Below are positions 12,831 through 25,965 of a DNA stretch of 64,000 nt, piece after piece (position 1 is the stretch's first letter; each line of letters begins with the position of its first letter). The notes below the pieces were generated by a model that was not told the origin of the DNA, made no database searches, and saw only the letters and a program-made list of their open reading frames with translations. The stretch is from Octopus vulgaris (taxonomy: Eukaryota), in the NCBI GenBank assembly GCA_951406725.2, contig OX597815.1, positions 113,274,001 through 113,338,000 of the forward strand. Direction: 5' to 3'. Both the position numbers and the translations under genes were made by a program.

Positions 12831-13014
12831 AGAAAAGTATATTGTGATAGTCACAGAATATAGAAAGTAATGTAACAACAATGACTATATAATCCAACCA
12901 AAATATCTCAGTTACACAAACGTAAATGGAATTACTATTTAACCTTAAAATACATCGTACATATTCAAAGAACCTTCTTGGTTTAGTGGTACAGAACGTT
13001 TTTCTGGTATTCTT

Positions 13015-13212
13015 TTATTCTTTTACTTGTTTCAGTCATTTGACGGTGGCCATGCTGGAGCACTACTCTTTAGTCGAAGAAATTGACCCCTGGACTTATT
13101 CCCTGTAAGCCTGGTGCTTATTCTATCAGTCTCTTCTGCTGAACAGCTAAATTACAGGGACGCAAATGCACCAACATCGGTTGTCAAGCAATGGTGGTGG
13201 TGGTGGTGGGAC

Positions 13213-13265
<53 letters not shown>

Positions 13266-13372
13266 ACACACATACATACGTACATACATACATACATACA
13301 TACATACATACATACATACATACATACATACATACATACATACATACATACATACACACATATGACGGGCTT
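13015..13372 (-). mobile_element. SINE family B, 5'-truncated, with expanded (CA)/(CATA) repeat
   Basis: Tail and body match 7515-7907. Confidence 0.85.
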
Positions 13373-13881
13373 GTAGGTAGTGGTGATGTTGGCTGGTGCG
13401 ATTTTGTGGTTGGCTAGTATGCCGAGAGAGATCCAGCAGGCCCCCAACTGGTTCCCTGATCTTAAAGGTGTAATGTTGGATGTGTAATAACGGCACATCA
13501 AGAAATGAGCCAGAAACTCTAAGTTAAAAAAATATAGAAAGAAAAAGACAACATTGTATTCCGAAGCCAAAATATGTTTTTCAGCTGAGGTGTAATTTTA
13601 TAACGAAAACAAATTCAAGATTTGAATTTTGGAGCAAAACACCACGTCTTTTAGTGTATGGCTGCAGTTGAAATGGGCTAAAACAAATGTGTGTGTGTGT
13701 ACGTGGGCCTTTAATAGCAGTTTAAGGTCAGTCGTAGAAAGAAATTCTAAACGGCAACATGCACAATCATATACATACATACATGCACACACATACACAA
13801 ACACATACCTAGAGAGAGGTAGACAGACAGACAGACAGACAGTAAGTGTCAGATAGCCCACAACGAAGTCTTCACCTATCT

Positions 13882-13930
<49 letters not shown>

Positions 13931-14256
13931 TCACTCTCTCTTCCTACCTGTTGCTTTGCCAAGCTCTTTCTCTCTCACTCGCTCTCTCTCTTCTCTCTCA
14001 CTCGCTCTCTCTTTCTCTCTCACTCGCTCTCTCTTTCTCTCTCACTCGCTCTCTCTTTCTCTCGCAGTTTTTCTCTTGCTATTAAAACAATAAAAGTCCA
14101 AAATGATTCAGTGTTTCAACTGAAAAACATATACGAATGTATTAGACAGTTTTTATTTAGGATACGGTATCCAGTAATTGCTGTGGTTGAAAACAAAACA
14201 AACACCACTTTCCTTTAAGTCACCACTCACTTTTCTCTCAGAGATATATATGTCTC

Positions 14257-14606
14257 GAGTTGTAGCTGTAATTCAAAGAGGCCAGCCTTGTCATTTTCAC
14301 TGTGAGGCTGAATCTCTCTGAGAACTACGTAACGTTATGTGTGTCTGTGGAGAACTCAGCTATTTGTGAGTTAATTTTATCCTCGTGTGGTAATGAAAAG
14401 TGAAATTGACATCCGGTATTTGCTGTGTGTATGTATCTATGTATAAACTTTTGTTTGGATTTATGTATCTACTGTCTCTCTCAGTTTCTCTCTTTCACTT
14501 CCTTTGTGTCCCTCTTCTCTCCCGCTTTTGATTTATCAATGTGTATGTGTATCTATGTATCTTCTTCTCTTGCGATGAACACCGTCATCATTCACTGTCT
14601 CTTTCA

Positions 14607-14648
<42 letters not shown>

Positions 14649-14890
14649 CTCTCTTACTACCTCTCTGAAACATTTAAAAGCAAAACGAACGCCGTCACCA
14701 CTCACTGTCTCTTTCACTCTCTTTCTCTCTCACACACACATTCTCTCTCACTCTCCCTTTCTCTCTCACTCTCACTATCTCTCTCTGTCCTCCTCTCTCT
14801 CTCGCTTTGCCACTACTTTGAAGTAAGTGTGACGCACATAACAGGTACGTACAAAAACAAAAAGTTAGCGTATTAATATTATTGATAATT
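14257..14890 (+). repeat. Diverged duplicate block, copy 1
   Basis: Colinear with 24722-25505 from GAGTTGTAGCTGTAATTCAAA to TATTAATATTATTGATAATT. Confidence 0.85.
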
Positions 14891-14989
14891 GGTTGATGGA
14901 TAGCGGTCGCTGACTGACTTGGTTGCTTCACAGATATCTAGGTGACTCAGTTAGTCACCTACTCCACGATGCTTAATATATTGGGTTGT

Positions 14990-15225
14990 GTTCACCAGTG
15001 GTCTGTTCTTGCCGCTGACTGTGAAACCTTTGAAAAACACCTACAGGACAATCATAGCGGACGAGAGAAAAAGAATGAAAAACAAAGACACTATGACCAA
15101 CCTTGACCAGCCCACCAGCCCATGTAGTATCTGCGGTTGTGCCTGCTTGTCCTGGATTGGACTCGTCAAGCATTTAACGTGAACATCCTCCATCGTAAAT
15201 CTTCGCTCGCTTGCGAAGTCAAGGT
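14990..15225 (+). pseudogene. RTE/BovB-like LINE 3' end
   Basis: CSICGCACLSWIGLVKHL (C-terminal C..C...C.SRIGL.SH motif) followed by AAATCTTCGC..GCGAAGTCAAG tail. Confidence 0.75.
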
Positions 15226-15271
15226 GTGTATTTGTGTGTGTGTGTGTGTGTGTATGTGAGTGTTTATGTGT

Positions 15272-15311
<40 letters not shown>

Positions 15312-18178
15312 ATACATACATACATCTGTTCATATCTGCATATAAATACGACTGACGTTGATTTCTAAATTCCACTGAAAAAAGCCTGTTTATGGGGTTA
15401 CAAACTGGCTCTCTCCATTGGCGAGCAATTCGCAAAATAAAATGACAATAGGCATACGCATGTCGTGCGTACGTGAAAGTGCACACGCGTGTATGTATGC
15501 GTGCGTGCATGATTGCGTGCGTGAGATGGAAATGTTTTTTCATATCTTGAAACTGCCGTGAAGAATTAAATTGTTTGAATACAGTTGTTACGGGAGAAAT
15601 TGATTAGTAAACAAAAATATGAAATGTCGGAGTCAACAGTTGTAACGATAAAAATTGTTATGACGGCAAGTTGTAAGATGTGAAAGATTGACAATGCATG
15701 AAGTTTTAAGAAAGTATTTATTTACCGTTACGTTACAATACCTTGCCTCGACGGGCAGGTTATGATAAATCCAAAAGCATGCGAAGTAAAGTTTGTGTTT
15801 GGGTTCTCATCATCGTTTAGTAGTAATTGCGGAGAGCGATAGAATGCTTGGGATGTTCTTGCTTTTATAACTATCCAGAAGGATGGATATATCATTGAGA
15901 AAAATATATTTAGTTGGCGGTCTTGTTATCTCTATTCTAGCTTTGATGAAGTAGAAGAGGTTAGAAAGGGTCAAGTGGTGAAGATATTATTTCGGCCTAG
16001 CTAAAGGCATCTGGAAAATGTAAAACTGCTGTCAGAGAAAAACCATTGTTCCACCGTGGGAAATGTTCTGTTGCAGTGTTAATTTAAATTTGGCTATGGT
16101 GGATCAAATCCACTTCATGCTTGCAAGATCCACTACACAGTAATAGCTAGTGATAAGGCCTAATTCAGACAAGTGGATTCTATACGGTGCTTCAAATTAT
16201 TAAAGGAGTTTATTGTAGATTGTGCAATATATGAAACGAGGGTATTCTACTTTACTGAGCAACAATAACAACAACGAGCTAACGGGAGAGCCTCTATGTG
16301 GTCGTTCGATCCCAATAACAAGCAAATTTCTTTCAAATGGCACCCAGCTCTTCTCATAAAAATAGGGATCACTGTCCCTACTCTCACAAGATCGCCTAAT
16401 CAATGAATATTTAAGAAGCTGGATAGCGTGGTTCTGGCCCTGGTAACATTACAATTCCCAGGCTCCAAATGGGTCAGGTATAACAGCGAAAACAATACGA
16501 GGACAAGAATTGTAATTGACTGTCACACTTTATTCAGACACCTAATGGAAAGTACAGCATCTTGAATGATACTGTCAGAAAATATCCATATTAGGTTTTC
16601 AAACAGCTGGAACTTGGTGGTATGTGCTACATAGAACACAACAGTGCGTCAAAGCTCTCTGCAAACAACTGTGCCTCCCAACTCATTGAAGAATAGTGGG
16701 AAAGATTCCTCTTTATAAAGCTGATTAGGGGCTCCAGCGAACAAACATGTGATGGGAACGGATAGCCCGTGTAAAGCTAGAACTCGACCATCATGTGACC
16801 AGGTCATATGACCACCTGTAGAAAACCTGCGTAATGAGCCAATATCTGGGTATTTAAGGTTAAACGGCCGAATAATAAACATAACTTTGCAACAAATAAA
16901 TAAAGGAAACCTATTTCAGTCATTCTACTGCCAATAACACATTTCGAACCCATTGCTTATTCAATTCAGTCAACATCTCCTTCTCTGTTATTCTCTTAAC
17001 GGAAAACGTGCTTCACCGCTAACCCACTGAAGACAACATATACCCAATATCATTCTACTGGGTATATTTCTGCACATTCTTCACATAATTAAGGCTTACA
17101 AAACAAAAACATCCACATAGTTCATTCTCTGGTGTAGCCACAGCAGAATATAAAACTACACTCGGAGCAAAAGACCTAACAACACCAACACCTACTAGTA
17201 AGTGGTCAACCATTTTCGCAACGCCACCAGCAAAAGCCAAAAAACAAAAAAAACAAAAAAAAATGGATGCTTTAGTGCATCACATGGTCTTCAAAAGCTC
17301 TTGTCTTCTAAATCGCAACCAGTTCAACAGACAAGATCTCTATGACCCTAATTCATCGACCATGATATCCAAGTAAAAAGCTAATTACATCATTAGCTAC
17401 TCATATTGCTATTGTTTCCAATTGTAATTGCACGAATACCGAACAAAACTCTTCCTAATTTCTCTTTCTTTCCTTTATACATAGTCACGCGATGCTTCTC
17501 TACATGGTCATTTCACTTGCTAAAAATAATAACCAAATCTCCCTAAAATTACACCCAACCGTCTTAGACAGATATAACGTTGACTCCGCCTGAGAACTGA
17601 ATTAAATGTACATTTGTTTGTGGAACACTCAGCTGCTTATGCGCTAAATGAGTAGGTAGTTCAGTTGATCGAATAAGTGAATACTCACTATGGAAACGGA
17701 CGAAAATTGATTTATCTGATTATTTGAACACGGAGTATAAATAATCTTAACTATAAACTGCAAGGTATTATTGGTTAATTCTGCTTTTCATCCTTTCGAG
17801 ATGGTGGGAGTCGATAAAATAAGTACCAGTCAAGTACAGGAATCGATTAGATTTACTAATCGATTCCCCAAATTTCATAATTCGAAACACCAACCGCTAG
17901 ATAACCAGACATTACAGTTTCACGTAATCGGTGATCGATCAGTCAGCGTGAGGCTGTGACGTGATATGGTTTTCTCGAATGTTCTTGTACTATAAAAGAC
18001 CGTTTTGACGTTCAATTAATTGCAGAGAGTTGAAGCCTGTTGAGCGAAGAGCGCCTCCACTTTTGCCAGTGAAATCTGCGCATACAACTCCGGGTTCTCG
18101 GACTGACTCATTTTGAACATTCACACAATGTCCCATAAGTAACTTCAACGGATGCAGTACCGCTTCTCTCTCTCCTCC

Positions 18179-18216
<38 letters not shown>

Positions 18217-19849
18217 TCTCTCTCTCTCTTTCTCTTTCTCTTCCTCGCTTTCTCTCTCTCCAGCCAACACCTAATAACTTTCTGTCGAGCAATAAATATT
18301 CACTTAAATGTTCGCGATAGTGCTTCAGTTATTATTCACGCAGCCAAAAAAATATATCTCCTTTGACCAGATCCACATCGCACCAACACGCCACTCATGC
18401 GACACATTTAGAAATTAATATAATAAATATGTAAAGGAGGACTATAGTCCATCTAGTTCACCTTGGTGTATTACTGGTACTTTGTTAATCGACGTCCTTG
18501 AAGAGATTTAAACGCAAACTTTAGAATTTCAGAGAGACGAATCAAAATAGTGTAACACGTTTTCGTACCGTAGCGTTACAAACATGACCATCGCTCCACA
18601 CTTTATCATCTACGTAATTGAATTTATTCGATGTTGAAAGCGAAAGATAAATTTCATATTTTACGATTTAGGATTGTCGGTAAAACGCATTAACCCTTTT
18701 GGAGAAAAAAAAATCCCCTTGAGACCACTTTTGGTTCTATTAAACAAAACACGCTTGTTCGTATCTGAATTGAAACTTATCGTAAAATTTCCATCTAAAG
18801 AACCTTTTGTTACGTTTCAAACACTAGCTTAATAAGGAAACGGTTGTTTTACTGACTCCCTCTAATTTGATGGTTAGTTATTTTTAAAATGAATCGAAAC
18901 ACATGGACTATACATGTTAAGAGAAATGTTGGTTTAAGAGGGTTTTGTGAAGCAATTTTTAGTATTACAATCTGAAAATGAGGGAACAATGAACTAGATG
19001 ACTTACACTGTTTGACTTGATTTTATTTTCTGTTCTTTTCCTTTTTACAGGCACTCTATACATCTTTCTCTCATCTCACTCTCCCTCCCTCTCTCTCTTT
19101 CCCGCTCTCCCTCCCTCTCTCTCTTTCTTTCTCTCTCCAGCAGTCTATCCCTTTGTCTATTTTTTTCAAAGATCATGTTTCTTTAGTCATTCAGCCAAAT
19201 TCGAATTACTTCTGGAACACAGTCATGACATGCTGTTGCTGAGTTATCGGGGTCGATAAATAAAGTACCAGTTACGCACTGGGGGTCGATGTAATCAACT
19301 TAATCGCTTTGTTTGTCCCCTCTATGTTTAACCCCTTCTAGGCAATAAAGAAATATATATATTCTGGTTGAAAACATGTCCACGTTAGTAATTTGTGGTT
19401 AAGACGGGTTGCTCCCGTGATCAACACTAAGGCGGAATTTGAACTCAGAAGGTAAAAGAACAGAACACACACCGTAAATCATTTCATTCTGGACTGATAC
19501 TTTATTCATCAATCCTGCCAAGTTGAACTTGGCAGGATTTCAACTCAAAGCAGAAAGCTGGAAGAAATATCGCAAGGCATTTTATCTAACGCTTTAACGA
19601 TTCTGTTAATTCACCGCTAATAATGTACTAAGATTGATTCCATTGACTGAAATCCATCCTTTAGAAAATTGTTAACTGTCTTTTAGCCCCAGACCAGTTA
19701 TGACTGAGCGTAGCTTTGATTAAAAATGGCTCCAGTCGTGACCAACCTGATTTTCTGCGTGAGTATGCACACACACACACACATTATTTAAACGACAGAG
19801 ATTAGAACCGAGGGTTTTGAGTATTAGAAGTTCTCAAATTTGTATTTTT

Positions 19850-20042
19850 TTTCTGTAGTTTCAGCTCAGAGCTGCGGCCATGCTGATGCACTACCGTTTA
19901 AAGTTGTGGTGAAAGAGTACAGCAGGGTTCGTCACCATCCCCTGCAGGAGACTCGTGGCGCTTTTGGTGTTTTCGTTCAATAAACGCCCGGTCTGGGAAT
20001 CGAAGCCGCGAGTTCGCTGCCCTAACCACTGGACCATTGCGC
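19850..20042 (-). mobile_element. Short chimeric SINE (family C head, family B-like tail)
   Basis: Same architecture as 28564-28792. Confidence 0.75.
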
Positions 20043-20396
20043 GTATGTACGTATGTATGTGCATGTGCGTATATATAAATGTGTGTGAGTGTAAGTATAT
20101 ATATATATATAATAATTTTGCTAAGTGTAAAATTCACCTAAGGAATATTAAATATCCGAAGAATTTACTGGTTTATATTACCTATATCAATAACAATGTT
20201 ATTCCAATAGGTAAATAATAAAAAATAAGCTTAGATGCAGGGGCGGCTGAGTGGTAAGAAGCTTGCTTCCCAACTTCATGGTTCCGGGTTCAGTCCCACT
20301 GCGTGGCAACGTGGGCAAGTGTCTTTTACTATAGCCTCGGGGTAACCAAATCTTTATGAGTTGATTTGGTAGACGGAAACTGAAAGAAGCCCGTCG

Positions 20397-20447
<51 letters not shown>

Positions 20448-20561
20448 TTGCGTTTGCGCCCCTCCCCATCGTTGCTTGACAACCGATGATGGTGTGTTTG
20501 CGTCCCCGTTACATAGTGGTTCGGCAAAACAGACCGATAGAATAAGTACTGGGGTCGATTT

Positions 20562-21282
20562 ATATTTGATGGATATTTGTCCTCTTCTTGTTTGTTGTTA
20601 ACCCGCTTTGGCTGATATACCCTCCAGCCTTTATCATGTGTCTTGGGGAAATTTCGAACTTGGGTTCTCATTCCTAAGGTATTTTTCGATGTTGTTATTA
20701 TTATTATCATTATTATTATTATCATTATCATTATCCAGGTCACTGCCTAAAATCGAACTCGGAATCTTGGGATTAGTAGCCCGCGCTCTTAACCACTACG
20801 CTATATGCTCGTGGAAATAACATCGAAAACTAAGACACCTGGGCAAGCACTCCGTAAATAATGTAAATAATGTGGTGGAAGCACTCCGTCGGTAACGACG
20901 ATGAGGGTTCCGGTTGATCCGAATCAACGGAACAGCCTGCTCGTGAAATTAACGTGTAAGTGGCTGAGCACTCCACAGACACGTGCACCCTTAACGTAGT
21001 TCTCGGGGATATTCAGCGTGACACAGAGAGTGACAAGGCCGGCCCCTTGAAATACAGGTACAACAGAAACAGGAAGTAAGAGTGAGAGAAAGTTGTGGTG
21101 AAAGAGTACAGCAGGGATCACCACCATCCCCTGCCGGAGCCTCGTGGAGCTTTTAGGTGTTTTCGCTCAATAAACACTCACAACACCCGGTCTGGGAATC
21201 GAAACTGCGATCCTATGACCGCGAGTCTGCTGCCCTAACCACTGGGCCATTGCGCCTCCACGTAAATAATGTACATAACTCT
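20562..21282 (-). mobile_element. tRNA-headed element with HHR-like tail and inverted partial copy (PLE-mobilised SINE candidate)
   Basis: Minus 20814-20735: A box TAGCGTAGTGG, B box GAGTTCGATT. Then (ATA)n, then ACACaTGATaAAGGCTG..CAGCCaAAgCG. Plus-strand partial repeat AATAACATCGAAAA..AAGACACCTG at 20816-20841. Confidence 0.6.
20876..21260 (-). mobile_element. tRNA(Arg)-like SINE family C, full length
   Basis: Head GGAGGCGCAATGGCCCAGTGGTTAGGGCAGCAGACTCGCGG..GTTTCGATTCCC; TSD GTAAATAATGT (20863-20873, 21262-21272). Confidence 0.92.
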
Positions 21283-21756
21283 TCGATTTGTTCGACTAAA
21301 GGTGGTGCTTCAGCATGGCTGCAGTCAGTCAAGTGAATAAAACAAGTAAAAAGAAAAAAGAAAAAGAATACAGCTTATTAATATATAAATATAAATAAGA
21401 AATTGAAAACAAAACAACAAATTGAACACTTACAAATTCAATTCAATTTAAATATTTTACACAAATGACACACCTCATAAATTACAGCTGTTTCCACTTC
21501 ATTTCTTATATATATATATATATATTATTCCATCTCCTATGTTCCTGCTTCAAGCTTTCACTCTATACACGCCAGCTCAATTTGATTCGTCCGCATTAGT
21601 CGAAAGACACCTGGTGTTATATTCTTGTTGTTTGTATTTGTAATTGTGTAACATGGTCTCTGTTATTTTTTCTTTGTTGTCGTACACATTCGCTTACTTT
21701 CTTACAAAAGAATCTAATGCTCAAAGCATTGACTTTTGGTGGGCAACCAGATTTGA

Positions 21757-21817
21757 ACAGTCTCCAGTGTAACTGCCCGAAACTGTAAGAACAATCTGGA
21801 AATTTGACTGATGAAAG
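21757..21817 (+). ncRNA. Non-circularly permuted hammerhead motif, copy C
   Basis: ACAG-TC/TCCAG..CCC-GAAA-CTGT..CTGGA..GA-CTGATGA. Stem III pairs across a GUC site; stem II is mismatched. Confidence 0.55.
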
Positions 21818-21944
21818 AAGGCCACGAATGACCCGTCCTTTTTTTCTTTTTTCTTTTTCCTCTATTTGTTGCTTTTCCTGTCCGCATTTGTATCCTCTAT
21901 CTGTCCGGATGTTTTATTGTCCTCTATTGCGTTTTTGTTCCATT

Positions 21945-21960
21945 ATAGATAGATAGATAT

Positions 21961-22018
<58 letters not shown>

Positions 22019-22180
22019 CACACACATACATACATACATACATACATACATACATACATACATACATACATACATACATGCATACATACATACATGCATA
22101 CATACATACATGCATACATACATGCATACATACATACATACTTACATACATGCATACATACATGCATACATACATACATG
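21945..22180. repeat. (ATAG)n(CATA)n microsatellite
   Basis: Visible directly. Confidence 0.96.
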
Positions 22181-23116
22181 TACATATATTTGTTGTCTAT
22201 CTGTCTATATACATATATGCACACAACCATCTATGTACTATAATGTAAATACATCGTTGGCAGGCAAATTACTGTGGTTTACCACCAAGATATAATCCCT
22301 TATAAATGTGCTATGTTTAAAAATGCAATACATATCGAAGAGAGATGAAAAATCACCCCGGCGACTATTCACAGCACCAGAGAATGCATAATTCACCGTT
22401 TGTATGTTAAAGGCCATAAATCTCGTCAGTGCATATGGCCAGTTGCGAGTACACGTCATTAACAAGACCCAACAAGGCCAAAATGGTTCTGATGTTCTCA
22501 ACCGATGCTTCCGGGTCAATATATTATGTTTTATATTGTTTTTAAATATCTACATCTAATTATTAATAGCTTATCTACTTTGAGTTCTACAGTTAAAAAC
22601 GAATTATTTCACGTTCTCTCGAAGTTTCTAAATTGTTAAGACGTAAATAATGATAATGATAATCATTATCTTATTGTTAACAATAATAACTTTATGATTA
22701 ATGTTTATTTTATTGCCCATTCCCACACTTCCAAATAGGGAAAAATCGTTAATCTATAGCAGCTTTAAACTCAGAATGTAGTGGGACAAAATTAAATACT
22801 GCAACATAATTTAGTCCAATGCTATTTCATTTTTGTCAATTCCTCGCAACTCTGTTGGCAGCATAATATTGTCCACATGTCACTTACAACAACACAGTAA
22901 ATAGCCTTCGTGTCCCAGTAGAATAATAATGTCATCATGTCCCAACCCAATAAAGTACCTAAAAATGTCTTCAAAGAACTAAAATGGTAACGCTAACATT
23001 CCAGAGGAACAATATAGAAAGTAAAAATAAAAAGCTATTATAGATGTGTCTGGGAGTTTGTTTTGTTTTGTTTTTCTTGGAATCAATTTCAGTAACAGCT
23101 AAAATAATAATAATAA

Positions 23117-23432
23117 TAACGATTTGAAGTGCGAAATTCGCAGGTTGTGGGCAATGAAGAAAGTGGACGTGATATAAGTAGTAATTGGCGTGCTTGGAAA
23201 TATCAGCACTCAACTACCACTACCAGCATGGCTCAAAAAGATTGGTACAAATGTAAAGATAGAATGCCTAAAGATAGAAAAATCATCATTGCTTGGAACT
23301 GCAAGAATTCTTCGCAAGGTTCTTGAAGTATGATCAGTAAATAAATGTCACCTTAGTCTGCTAGTTGCAGACAGCTGACACTTTCCGCCACACCCAGCAA
23401 AATAAGCTGAGAGTTTTAATCAAATAATAATA
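23117..23432 (+). pseudogene. R4/Dong LINE C-terminus and 3' UTR between (AAT)n tracts
   Basis: NDLKCEIRRLWAMKKVDVI*VVIGVLGNIS..LLGTARILRKVLEV*. Confidence 0.8.
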
Positions 23433-23890
23433 ACAAGAGCACTCAGAGAGCGAACACATCTGCCTAGGCAACACCGGCATCCTCTCAACGATTAGCCAGA
23501 GATGATTTTTTAAATGAGAATATCTGAAATAAACTCGATTGCTCTCACAAACGAGAATATTAAAAAATGAACCCGACCGCTCTCAAAAATTAAGTAAGCT
23601 ACAAGAAAAATAATCCAGAATCCTTGTCCGATACCTGATCGATCCCAATGGTAGTCATGGAATGTGAAGGTGGCTGTAGAAAATTTAGTAACAGCAATAG
23701 TTTATCCTTATCTAGTACCACACTAAGTTAACAAATTCGGCATTCAAAATAGTTTCAAAGGCAGAGGTAATAATAATAAATTCTACTCAGGAATTGTTAA
23801 ATGTATAACATGGGACCTTTTGTTTTTCTCTTCTCTTAAATTCCGGCCTTCTTTTAGTAATCCTGTTGTTTTAGATCAATGTATAGATGC

Positions 23891-23951
<61 letters not shown>

Positions 23952-24184
23952 TACTGTAAAGTGTCAATATGAATGTATAATATATATATATATTATAAAA
24001 ATGTGTTAGTGTTATTTAATTTCTGAACGGTTTCGCTTTCTTTATCCATCAGTTTCTACGAAGATAGAGACGCGAGTAAGATTAATAATAGAGAAAAAAA
24101 TAAAACTTTGAAAACAGCCTAAAGGGAGATAATTGAGAAAGACTTGAAAGTCAACGTAAGATCGTAATCATGTAATGCAAAGTA

Positions 24185-24380
24185 AATATAACAAATAATC
24201 CAGAATCCTTGTCCGATACCGGATCGATCCCAAAATCTAATCAGTTCGTGCCAGTCACGAGGCCAAACATCACTGAAAGTTTCATCCAAATCCATTCGGG
24301 GGTTCTTGAGATATCTCGTCCGCGGACAAACAAACAAATGCAACTGAAAAAACAATACCTCCACCTTCGCTAAGGCGGAA

Positions 24381-24384
<4 letters not shown>
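24185..24384 (-). mobile_element. Helentron-associated (HINE-like) non-autonomous element end
   Basis: Terminal hairpin ACCTCCACCTTCGCTAAGGCGGAAGT. Shares AATAATCCAGAATCCTTGTCCGATACC with 23433-23650, which begins ACAAGAGCACTCAGAGAGCG. Confidence 0.55.
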
Positions 24385-24424
<40 letters not shown>

Positions 24425-24721
24425 TAGCCGGACCCGTGAGAACTTAGCAGTGACAGCTAAGACGAAATAATTGCTATTCCGTCGTGAATTCGCTCGCGAC
24501 TCATGCTCAGTTTGATAACAACAGCCTGCGCATCGGTGTTTATTTGGGGGCTTGGCCTCTAGATCTATGAGACCCACAAGTGCCACTGTTAGGACTGGAT
24601 TAACACCCATAGTGACCCTAATGACTAAAAAGATTTTCCTCCCCCAATATAGGATCTTTTTTCATTTTCTTCCAACCGCTTGAAGATTTATCTTGCTCCA
24701 GTCCACTCAGCCGGCCGAAAT

Positions 24722-25062
24722 GAGTTGTAGCTGTAATTCAAAAGCGTCAGCCTTGTCATAATTTGTGTGAGGCCGATTCTCCCTGAGGACTACGTTAATA
24801 ATATGCATGTGTGTGGAGTACTCAGCCACTTGCGAGTTAGTTTTATCCTTGTGTGGTAATGAAAAGTGAAAGTGGCATCCAATATTTGCTGTGTCTATGT
24901 ATCTATGTATCAACTTTTCTTTCGATCTATGTATCTACTGTCTCTCGCTTTCTCTATGTCCCTCCTCTTTCCTGCCTTTAATTTAACAACGTGTGTATTA
25001 TCTATGTATCTACTTTTCTTACGATGTGATAAACATTTTAAATCACAACACGAACGCCGTCA

Positions 25063-25112
<50 letters not shown>

Positions 25113-25193
25113 ACTTCCTCTCTGAAACATTTAAAAACACAAAAGAAATGCCATCACCACTCACTGTCACTTTCACTCTCTCTTACACACACA

Positions 25194-25231
<38 letters not shown>

Positions 25232-25505
25232 CTCACTGTCTCTCTTTCTCTCTATATTCCTCTCTGAAACATCTAAAAACACAAAACAAATACCGTCATC
25301 ACTCACCTTCTCTTTTACTCTCTTTCTCTCTCTCGCTCACTCTCTCTCTCTCACTCTCTGTTTCTCTCTCACTCGCTCTTTCTCTCTTACTTCCTCTCTG
25401 TCCTTCTCTCTCGCGCTTTGGCACTCACTTCTTCCTTTGAAGTGTGACACACACTACAGGTACGTACAAAAAGAACAAGTTGGCATATTAATATTATTGA
25501 TAATT
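24722..25505 (+). repeat. Diverged duplicate block, copy 2
   Basis: See 14257-14890; has internal re-duplication of CTCTCTGAAACAT.TAAAAACAC. Confidence 0.85.
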
Positions 25506-25715
25506 ATTTCAAATTTTTGTCACAAGGGCAACTTGGTGGAGGTGGGAATGAGTCGATTACTTCGACCCCAGTGTTCAACTGGTACTTATTTTATCGTCCT
25601 TGAATGGATGAAAGGTAAAGTCGTCCTTGGTAGAATTTGAACTCAGAATATAGCAATGGGCAAAATACCATTAAGTGTTTCATCTGGCACATTATGATTC
25701 TGTCAGCTCTCAGCC

Positions 25716-25792
<77 letters not shown>

Positions 25793-25932
25793 CTTTTCTA
25801 CCCTAGGTACAAGGCCCGAAATTTTGAGGGAGGGGCCAGTCAATTAGATCAACCCAATTATGCAACTGGTACTTAATTTATCGACCCCGAAAGAATGAAA
25901 GGTAAAGTCGACCTCAGCAGAATAATAATAAT

Positions 25933-25965
<33 letters not shown>

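Larger units (their letters stand above)
20240..21355 (+). mobile_element. SINE family B split by nested insertions (halves 20240-20561 and 21283-21355)
   Basis: Sequence resumes at TCGATTTGTTCGACTAAAGG; TCGATTT is duplicated at 20555-20561 and 21283-21289. Confidence 0.85.

Noticed and set aside
21185-21260. tRNA-Arg-like sequence
   Set aside because: Head of a SINE continuing into a ~300-nt body with a TSD; not a tRNA gene. The same applies to the other A/B-box heads.
22888-22958. Possible 71-nt minus-strand exon (tttttag..gtaagt)
   Set aside because: Moderate acceptor and no recognisable peptide; not distinguishable from chance.
24022-24060. Minus-strand CTGATGG..CGAAACCGTTC near (TA)n
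   Set aside because: No stem II, and A9 is absent.
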